A stretch of DNA of 20,000 bases, from NCBI GenBank assembly GCA_026023565.1, contig JAPETS010000071.1:59541-79540 (forward strand), written 5' to 3'. Every line of letters begins with the position of its first letter. Position 1 is the stretch's first letter. The position numbers were made by a program, and so were the translations under genes. The notes beneath the pieces are model-generated. The model made no database searches. It was not told where the DNA came from and saw only the letters and a program-made list of their open reading frames with translations. Below are positions 1 through 9,241 of the stretch, piece by piece. The stretch is from Cirrosporium novae-zelandiae. Its lineage: Eukaryota.

Positions 1-840
1 CACAGTACAACCCCTCCCCCCCTCATGCCTCTTTGAGATGGGATAGCGCAAGGAGAATGGAACAAGCTAGCTACACAGCACACAAAAAAAGCACCACCAC
101 TACCCACAACAAACCTAAAAATTCTCCATCCGAAGTCCTCAGAGCAATTTTCCCCTGCTCTCATAAAATCCCCAAGCAGGTCAGAATATCTAAAAAGTTT
201 TTGTTTTGTTTTCTTGGTGGAGATGGTAAGGGGGAGTTGGATTGGTGGGAGAAGAAGAGAGGTTGTATATATAAAAAGTTCCCTAGTGGGGAGGGGGGAG
301 GCTGTGTTGTTAGTATCGATATTGATATTGATATCCAGATGGTCATGCATGTAATTATATAACTAGCTGTTTGTTTGTTTGTTTGCTTGCTTTGGGGGGG
401 AAGGTATAGTTAGTCTATACTTTTACTTTCCTCGTTTTTGTAAGTTACACACGAAAGCTAAAACCGGTCCATGAGGCTGAATTACCATCCACAATAACAT
501 ACAAACATACAAAACATACCTACCAGAAAGCTACAAATCTACGTTAAGTATTTAAATTCTAGTACCACACACCAAGGGAAATCAGAGCAGAGGACATAGA
601 ATTTTTTTTAAAATTATGGCTAAGGGGGAAAGAAGCTAAACCTTGTACCTATGTGTATTTTGCCACCATAAAAAAAAACAATTCCATGTAACGAACGCGT
701 TTTTGCTGAGCCGAGGTAAGTTGAGCTATCAAGCACGACAAAACTGGGACCTAAGAAAAAAAAAGATTTTTTTTTGCTTCCGTCATGTATGATATGGTGA
801 TCAAGTAGCTAAGGATCTGGATCAAAATCATGATCCATTT

Positions 841-3800
841 TTAGCAATTTCCACTGACATCGCTTTGATTTGCACAGGAAGGGTAAAAGAAGGCGGCGAC
901 GGCGATGATGACATAGGCTGCGCATAGTAGTGCCCCTTCGAGGTAGTTGCTTCGGCCATCCAGCACAAGGAAGTTGACGACGAATACGGATGCGAAGAGG
1001 GAAACCACCTGGAAAAGATTGAAGTAGAGAGACATGTCGACGTTCATGCACCAGCCGAGAAGTACAACGAGCGGTGTGACAAAGATTGCAATTTGGATGC
1101 TGCTGCCCACAGCGACACCGATGGCTAAATCCATTTTGTTCTTGCTGGCCACGGTAACCGATGTGACGTGCTCTGCGGCGTTGCCCACAATGGGCAAGAT
1201 GATTAATCCGATGAATGCTTCGCTGATATGGCTTTCTGCGACTAGGCTGTCAATGCTGTCAACCAAGAATTCGGCACAAACAGCGACAAGACCGGTTGAG
1301 ATGAGCAGAAGCATGATAGCGGCAGTGCGAGACATTTGTTTGTCGGCCATCTTTGGATCTTCATCGTCTTCTTCGCTATGGGCTATGGGAATAATGTATG
1401 GTGGGCCCAATCGAGGCGTGTTGTAAGTGACATAATTCTGATTTAAACGACCCGGTAGCGAGTTTGTACGGCGTATTCCATGACGCGAAGTGCGAGTCTG
1501 TCCACCAGCTGGTGGAGTATCGGCGCTAGCTGCAGGAACCGGGTGCGTTGAAGAAAATACAGTTTGAGTCAGTACCTTCGGAAGTGGTGGAAGGGCTGGT
1601 CGAACAGAAAGTGATCTCAACGTAAAAGGACGTCTTGACCCAGAACCAGCTTCAGCCTCAGCAGGCGCTGCTTCAACAAAGCCAACATGTGGAGATGAAA
1701 CGATTGCGGCTTGGTTCTGGACCTCGGCTTGCTCAACACTTTCACCGTTTTCTTCTTTCGCAACCCCCTTCTTGTTCCTGCGCATACTCTTACGGGCACG
1801 TTTCTTGGACTTCCGTTTGCTGATCTTGCTTTCTTGGTCCTTGGATTTTATACTCGACGTTCGTCGTTCCATTTCGAAATCCCTGAAGGTCACTGAAGGG
1901 TCCAGCTCATGGTGGGCATGGCTCTCCCGTTCACCATCAGTATCAGCCTCATCACCACTAAAGACACCCGTATACTGGCTAAAGACGCCTGGTGTAGTCG
2001 CTTCCGTGGCTTTGCTGGGATCTGCTTCAGACAGGTTTTGGTTGGTTGCAGTGTGAATTGAAGGAGAACGAGTAGCAGAGGGTACTGAATGGGTATCCTT
2101 CGAGGAACTTGTGCTAGATTTGCGATGACGTTTTCGACGCAAGGCCCTTCGGATACGCTTTGTGGTAGCATGGGATCCGAGAGAAGAATCACTATCACTG
2201 GAGCTCGAGTCGCTTGATGAACCTGAAGAGCTAGATGAAAAGATGTCTGCCAAAACACCTGGATGCGATTCTTCATCGATAACAGATTGGGGGGTCCCTT
2301 CATACATATATGCATGTGACTTCAATTGGAAAACGAGATAAAGCAAGTACACAAGTAACAAAACCTACGTCATTAGAAAGAGAGTATATTTGCATTAGGA
2401 TGACGACTTACGACACTTGTACCCCGACTAACTTTGAGGACTACGCGATTTGCGTCCGCCGTGTCCGTAAATGAGGCGTGAAAAGCAGTCTAAGAACCTA
2501 AACGTTAGACAAAACCAGAGAGTGGGGGTTTCGATTAGGAAAGCATACGGGTAAGACTAAACTCATAACACTTAAACTCAATAAGCATGCACTCATCTGG
2601 GTTACTGTGCTATTGTAAATCTGATACTGTTAGTTATTATGATAATATAAGAGCGAGGGGTTCCTTATACCTGTTCACGGTAACGCAACCCTCCAAGGAG
2701 GAAGCACATGCCGAGAATGAGAAGCAGGTTGGCGAGAATCGAACCCGCCAACGAGGCTTGGACAAGAGTAACTTCATCCTGGACGAGAGCAATGCTAGAT
2801 AGGCGAGGAAGAGAAAGGTTTAGTAACAACCACTAGTAAAAGCCTCAGACAAAAGGAAATGAAAAAGGCAAAGGTAGACGCTTTTACAGCCGTCCTCACT
2901 TCAACTTTTAACATACATGCTATTTAATTGTCAGCATAAGTTCAGAGAGAATTTGACATGTTTAAAACTTACAAAATAATGAGTTCAACAGCATTACCAA
3001 ATGTAACATTGAGAAATGCACCCATTGTGTCACCCATCTTGCTCGCTACGCTTTCTGTAGCATGGCTAAGCAGTCCAGCGAGAGGAACGATGGCGATAGC
3101 ATTCATAGCAAACACAAGTCCAGGGTCAATCTTCTCGCTGCCCTTGTTCATAGCACCAACGACGATACCAACCGGCACAAATACCAGAAGCACATTGATC
3201 CAGCTATAGAAAAGCGCATTTTTTGCATGTTTGAAAAATCTTTTGGCAACATTGGGCCTCTCTTCTGGCTTTATGGTGGAAGATGAATCACCATCTCCAG
3301 TTTCGATGGCAGGAAGCGGCGCCGGCGGAGAAAGAGACGATTCTGTCTTCTCTGCCACAGCATCTGCTGCTTGCTGATTGGCAGACTTAGGTCCCTCTGA
3401 ATGACCTCTGGTGAGGTTATGTTTTGGGTTGGCTCCGGTGTTTGCATCGTTGCGGTTCTCTCGTGAAACTGTCACGGGTGCAGGAAGACTGTGGCAGTCT
3501 ACGGCGAATGGGTTGTAGTTCGAGGCATACGCTTTGGTACGAGCCCACGAACGAATTCGGTCTAATAAAGAAGGGTCGTCAGAAGAAGATTGAGATTCCA
3601 CCATCGATGGTCGTGCCGGTTCTTGGCTTTGTTGGAGGAGAAGGAGGAGGCAAGAAAGCAGGGTTTGGGGGAGAGATAGATATGGGTGTTTTAAGTGCCA
3701 GAGCACCACCAACGGGAGAGGCGTTCGTTTGCAAGCTCGCCAATGCAATGGCTGGGATTAACAAGGCATTATGGCAAGGCATGGGTGGTGTTGGGGGGGT

Positions 3801-3897
3801 GAGAAAGTGTGGAGCGGTTGGTGAATCCAACCAGTCCCAAGTACCCGATATTTCGGGCTATTCCAGACAAATAAACTCTGGGGAGAGACTTACGCAT
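841..3897 (-). CDS. Ca2+/H+ antiporter, CAX/Vcx1 family (CaCA superfamily), ~797 aa, 7 coding exons
   Basis: Exons (minus strand): 3897-3894 (ATGC), 3561-2973, 2919-2917 (CAT), 2794-2671, 2620-2549, 2489-2412, 2364-841; all introns GT..AG, total 2394 nt in frame. The spliced protein begins MHRIRSWARTK. It has both CAX alpha-repeat signatures (LNVTFGNAVELIIFIIAL...GSILANLLLILG and LIILPIVGNAAEH...KNKMDLAIGVAVGSSIQIA) plus FQLKSH and DGRSNYLEG. Family call is from motif recognition, not a database search. Confidence 0.95.
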
Positions 3898-4176
3898 CTA
3901 GAGAACTCAGTTTACCGTAACAATGCCAATAGGAAGCAATGACGAAATAGCCCTCTTCTTATTGACAAAAGCTTCTAGAGTCAAGACTTCGAGACTCTAC
4001 CGCGTACTTAAAGTAGAAGCTTGTGTGAAGCAAGAAGCTTAAGAAGGTTTTATGACGGAAAGGCTCGTTATCGTTATCGTTGTTGTCGTCGCCGTTGAGG
4101 TTGTCGTTTGTCGTATTTCGTTGGCCAAACGCAAAAAAAAGAAAGAAAGAGGGAGTCTTGGTGGTTGTCTTTATGC

Positions 4177-5065
4177 CTTGGCTGCCTTGGGTCTATTCAA
4201 GAATCAGTGAATGACTTGTTCCGCCAGCAAGTTTGGACCATAGAAGATGGCCCAATTACCGTTTACTGTACACAGAGAAATGTTGTAATTAGTTTGTCTG
4301 GTTTGTCTTGGCGCTTATTTGAGAATGGGGCTTGACGGGGCTTGACTGGGCTGGAAGGGCTGGAAGGGGCTGATGTCAATTTCCAAAGAGTCGGACAGTG
4401 AAATGTAATGGTCGGTGATTGGGATAATGCCTGGAACGATTGGCAAACGAGAGAAAAAGAGGTTAGAGGAATGATAACTCCCTCGTCATAAATACCTAAT
4501 GAGGTGAAAGAACCAAGACTTAGGTGAAGCATTGCCAAGGCCAACATGAATACGCGTAACCTCCGTTGTAGCCGCCTTTTCCATTTACACACCTCCTCTT
4601 CATAAAACTTGGCGCATAATTATTCTCTTCATAAAAAATGTCTTGCCTGGGCTCACGTCTGACACACGTCCAACACGCCTCCTGGCACGCCTCGCACGCG
4701 TATAAGGATAATAATAATCAAGCTTGAAACTGATGGGCATATATTTGCTTGGCACATCTAATCACATCTCACATTTTTCTATTCGATTCGGTCAACAACA
4801 CTACCTACTTTGAAATGTCCGAGACTCTTGGAGGCTGGAGGCTGGAGGCTGGTACAGATATTGCTGCACTCATCACCTAAATTTCCCTGTCATCCAATTA
4901 TACTTTTGGAATTTGGCCCCTGACAGAATTTAACTTTTGCAAGTCCAACCTCAAGATGAATTATCCCTAGCAAAGTTCTTAGAAAGTGGAATTTATCTCG
5001 GTGTTGATATTGTTTAACCTTTAGACAACGGCGGTGGATCAGGTCTGGGTTTCGCTTGGCTTGGC
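4177..5065. promoter_or_regulatory. Cluster of eight PacC-type GCCARG sites upstream of the CAX gene
   Basis: CYTGGC on + at 4177, 4307, 4608, 4681, 4748, 5055 and 5060, and GCCAAG at 4534. Binding is inferred. Confidence 0.4.
4831..4851 (+). promoter_or_regulatory. (GAGGCTG)x3, candidate calcineurin-dependent response elements (Crz1/CrzA sites)
   Basis: Three perfect tandem GAGGCTG copies ~930 nt upstream of the CAX ATG. GAGGCTG is a described CDRE core; function here is inferred. Confidence 0.4.
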
Positions 5066-5273
5066 TCTAAGGACCGATAAGTGATAGCAGTAGTCTCCGG
5101 TCGTGGGGTTTGAAAGTCGAGAGCAACTCAAGTTGGAGCAATCGACCAGAATAACAAAAGAAAGCGAACGTGACATGCATCTTTAAAATAAGAAAAGCAA
5201 TGATTGCATAGGGTTCCTGGGGTAGTTGTCTAGGTGGAATTTAAGCAATCAGATTCATGTGGATAATAGATAG

Positions 5274-5297
5274 TGGGATACTGGGATACTGGGATAC
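5274..5297. repeat. (TGGGATAC)x3 tandem repeat
   Basis: Directly visible. Confidence 0.85.
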
Positions 5298-5686
5298 TGG
5301 AGGCTTTCGCCTTTTGGGCAACAAATTGACAACACATTGATATCCATCATAGCAGGGCTGAAACCGGTCAGTCCGAGAAACCTTTTTAGATTATCTATGT
5401 CATCGGATTGCGTGAAATGCAAGGGCCTCCCAGATAGATTTCCTCTTCATTCTCAAGTTGAAGAATGTATGTAGAAGGAGGGGTTCTTCAAAGAGACTTC
5501 TATCATGCAAAAGACCCGACCGAATGTATGCACTACATATGTACGATAATAAATAATATGCAGGTAGTCAGGAATGATGGGTAAGAGATCATCTGTCAGA
5601 TGCATTCAAAGTGCCGAGTAATGATCCAATGGCAGAGATGATTAAAATGATAGAAGCACAGTACATAGGATCATTAAAGGCCTGAC

Positions 5687-5728
5687 TGTATGTATATATG
5701 TATGTATATATGTATGTATATATGTATG
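5687..5728. repeat. TGTATGTATATA-type 12-nt tandem repeat (~3.5 copies)
   Basis: Directly visible; produces the YIYT repeat in spurious ORF 5589..5774. Confidence 0.85.
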
Positions 5729-6584
5729 CATGTACATGTGTATTGTAGTAAATCTCAAGACCTTTAGGACTCAAAAAAATGGATAATTCAAAAAGATATT
5801 CTTGATTCTTTCTCTGGTGGGCTGTAACGCCATGTCAACTTCATAGGTTGGGTAGGCACTAACTAATAAAGCTCTCTGTTTTTCTTCTTTTAAACAACCA
5901 AAGCCTATTTTTAGCCAACCAGTTCGGAAACAAAAAAACAAGAAGCTCCATCGCACAATACAACTTGATACCCATGTTGACCCTCTAAATGCATTCCAAT
6001 GGCGTTTGGATCTGTATCCAAACGGTAATTAAGCCTTTCTCGACAAGCAAGGCCATAATCTATAAGCCAATGGTTTTAGAATTTAGTTACAATAATTATT
6101 ATTATTCTGGAGACACCGTAAGAGAGAGAGGGCACCTCCCCCTCCCCCTCCCTCCCAAATTGCGAGGCGTTAGGTCTCGTGAATGCACCCAAAAATCAAG
6201 TAGGAAAAAAAAACCAAGAGAGACAACATTTACACCCAACCCCATCCCGCACGCCATGATTATTGTTCTTCCCTTAACTTCCTTCCCCCCTCAGCTGAAC
6301 TGACCATCTTACTTGTGCTGACCCATCCATCCTTACTTATTTCCTCTATTATAAAAAATATCCGACAATGTCTAGACACTCGTTTTCTTCCGGCCATTGT
6401 TTTTGCTATTGACTGTTAACCCGTGTTTAAGGAAAGAGAGAATTTAAATCTGCTGTGCAACTTGAACCATCACATTTCGAGGTCACCGCTGAATTTCCAA
6501 AAACCACTTTGAAATTTATACTCTTTCTTACCCAATTTAATATCCATACATTCGTTTAGATAAGTAGGAAAATAATAGGACATC

Positions 6585-9241
6585 ATGCAGCGCATCTTTC
6601 AATCGGAAAAACCACAGGTATGTCCACTTCCATTGGCCGGCCTCATACAGCATCTCCCAAGTGCTTCGTATTGTTTCTCCGATCTTGCTGCTTATACTAT
6701 CCTACCTTATAGCGAAAGCGCACCAAATCGCCTGCTCGCTCATTAAAGTCCAGCTTTCACCTACACTCCGACCCCACTTCCACCAAAGATAAACAGCAGT
6801 CGCATTCTTCCCTAAGAGCAGATATAGATGCAAGCCTCAAGTTATCGTCGTTCAGGCCACATGCACTCCGACATGTCAAAGGAAGTCTCAAAGGAAGCTC
6901 AAAGATCGAGCAGTGCAATGATGACTCTGACAATGAATCAATCTGTGTCTCACCTACCTGGGATGACTCGATTCGGAAGGAGAAAAGGAAAATGGCAAAG
7001 GAGCAAAAAGAACTGAAGAGGAAGTTGATGAGAGAACAAGAACGACAGGAAAAGCAGGATGCTCTAAAATCGGCGGGGCAAGAACAAGCTAAACGCCTGA
7101 GCAAGAGACCCCCAGCAGCAATGGACACACAGAAATTGCCATCTTCCCTCAGGCGCTCATCAACAGATACCGAGGTTAATAGCATTAAGAAACAGCAAAT
7201 AGACACAACCCAAAGATCGACTTCGTTTACAGCAAGGTCTAGGTCTTCAAGCAGAGTTCGTTTTGCGGATGAAGAAATATCCACACCAGCGCCACGGTCT
7301 AGGAGACCCTCCACGGCTAGCTCCATAACAGATACCATCCGAAGCTTCCTCCCTCAATCTTGGAAGTCTGATTCCCAGGGTTCATCGGGGAAGCATTCTA
7401 AACACGGGTCCAATTCTACCGATGACTCCAAGCTGTCTGATAGTGAAGATGCATACCGTCGCGATCTAGTTGAATTCACCCTGGAGCTTAATAAGGATTC
7501 TATTACTGGAGTCATGGGTAAAGCTGGACCTAAGAAGCCATCCAAAGGACAAAGACCGCCAATCAAACCGATCCTTAAAGTGTCAAGCTCTCCCCAGATA
7601 ACTGCTTCTACCGTAGTGGAGTGCCCCGCTGGTGTCAACGTAACCACCAAGAAAAGGATTGATGAGTTAATGTATGCTACAAGTCCAGACCAGATGTCTC
7701 CCCCTGTTGAAAAGTCGCTGGAATTAGACCCAAAAGATAGCAAAGAGGATAAACTGCAGCTTGGGAAGCGAGACCGATCAACCGGTGGCTACCAATACCC
7801 AACATTATCTCATACGGAATTGCATTACGATGTCAAGCGTGGCTCTGAAATCCAATATCGCGCGTCTACTCGTCGTGTCCCTTCAAAGGAGCTCCTTGCT
7901 CATGCTTTTGCTGGGGATCAGCAACCCGAGCCTCTACGCAGTCCCAGGGGCGATGCACGAACTTTGAGCTACTGCCAGCAGCAGAGACGGCATCAGCAGG
8001 ACGTAGCAATGCAGGGTTATAAAGAAGAAATTGCTGTAATTGAAGCAAACTCACCGCTTGACGAAACTGAGATACATTTGCTAGACGACTCTAGGGCCAC
8101 ACCTGGTTTGGAGGAGTTCTTTGAAGCAAAGGAGAGACTTACGCCGGATTCACATTCCAAGGAATCTCAACCAGAAACACCCAAATCTCGGCCACGGCCA
8201 AGTCTTCTGCCCCTATCTATTGATGTCAGTTCATTAAATCACAAAAGGCCAAAACCTCTTCCTACAGAACAACTTGTGATCCCCGAAAAGTCTAAATCAC
8301 GACCAAATTCCTATTGCAATTCCAATCGGAATCCTTCTCTTGTGTCCGGACAACCTGGAACCAAGGACTTACCAGCAGAAAAGGAAGAGCCAAAGTCCCC
8401 GCGAGAATTTCCCCTTTCCCATCATAGATCACCTAAATCTTCATCGAAGGCGACACCGAAAAAAAAATCCGTAAAACCAGCACCCAAAACTCCGGAAGTC
8501 ATTGTCGAAGGAATTGATGGCGACGGCATCCGGCGCAGCACAAGCATAAAGCACTCCTATTCAACGCCTCAACTCCTTGACTTCAGTTTCCTACCAGAAC
8601 TTCCCCACCAATCTCTCGCAAAGCACTCCAAAGACAGCAACAACCCGCCCACTCCAAATACACCCCCCATCGATAGCCATTTACTAACATCCAAGGCATC
8701 GGTGACACCTCACTTCTCACTCCCCACGCCCCCATCTTCCCGCCCTCCTTCCGGTGAATCTCTTCCTCACAAGGCCCCCACCGAACTACCGGCCAGCCCC
8801 ACATCTCTTGCCTTAACACCCATGCCCCTAAAACCACGCCCCTCTGCCAATTCCCGACGAACAAGATCTTCACATTCCCCCGGATCAAATTCAAGAGATA
8901 TATGCTTTTCAACACAAACCGGCACGGACGCAGCGAGAATGAAGCCGATTGCGAAGATGTTCGTCATTTGTTGCAAGTGTAGATTCTGGCACGATTTACC
9001 GAGTCGGGTATACGAGGAGATGGTTAAGGTTAGGGATGTAGAAGTTGAGGGGAAGCAAGACGAGAGCGAGCGAGGGAAAGATGTTGACGGAAATAAGACC
9101 GGCGCCGGTATAGGAAAGAGGAAAAGCGTGTTGGGGAGAGTAGACACGCAGGTGAAATGTTGTTGGTGCTCACATCACATGAGCATCCAGTGCTGCGCCG
9201 GTTGGACCACAGTGGTCTATCTGCACGAGCGACATCACTAG
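6585..9241 (+). CDS. Uncharacterised fungal protein, ~853 aa; Ser/Pro/Lys-rich disordered body with C-terminal Cys/His-rich (putative Zn-binding) domain
   Basis: The 749-aa ORF 6992..9241 is open upstream in frame to an acceptor at 6712 (ccttatag). Proposed exon 1 is 6585-6617 (MQRIFQSEKPQ|GTATGT), intron 6618-6712, exon 2 6713-9241. C-terminus: KPIAKMFVICCKCRFWHDLPSRVYEEM...VKCCWCSHHMSIQCCAGWTTVVYLHERHH. Exon 1 is less certain than the main ORF. Confidence 0.85.

Noticed and set aside
33..362. Short ORFs at the window start
   Set aside because: They derive from simple repeats (IDIDID, ISISIS). The region may be the promoter of a minus-strand gene outside the window, but that cannot be shown here.
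2490..2507. Second AG acceptor 8 nt upstream of the used acceptor in CAX intron 5
   Set aside because: It is very close to the branch point and would frameshift; no evidence of use.
2969..3748. 259-aa ORF as a separate gene or as the CAX N-terminus from 3748
   Set aside because: It starts at TTG inside intron 1; only 3561-2973 is exon 2 of the CAX gene.
3424..3942. 172-aa + strand ORF and 83-aa minus ORF 3579..3830
   Set aside because: They overlap CAX exon 2 and intron 1, are low complexity, and have no family motif.
4980..5400. Possible tRNA or other structured RNA in the CAX/unknown-gene spacer
   Set aside because: No cloverleaf or A/B-box pattern and no snRNA/5S signature found by eye; an Infernal or tRNAscan run would settle it.
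6757..7338. 193-aa antisense ORF (also 7354..7743, 8583..8915, 8767..9147)
   Set aside because: Shadow ORFs opposite the long + strand gene, with no recognisable motifs.
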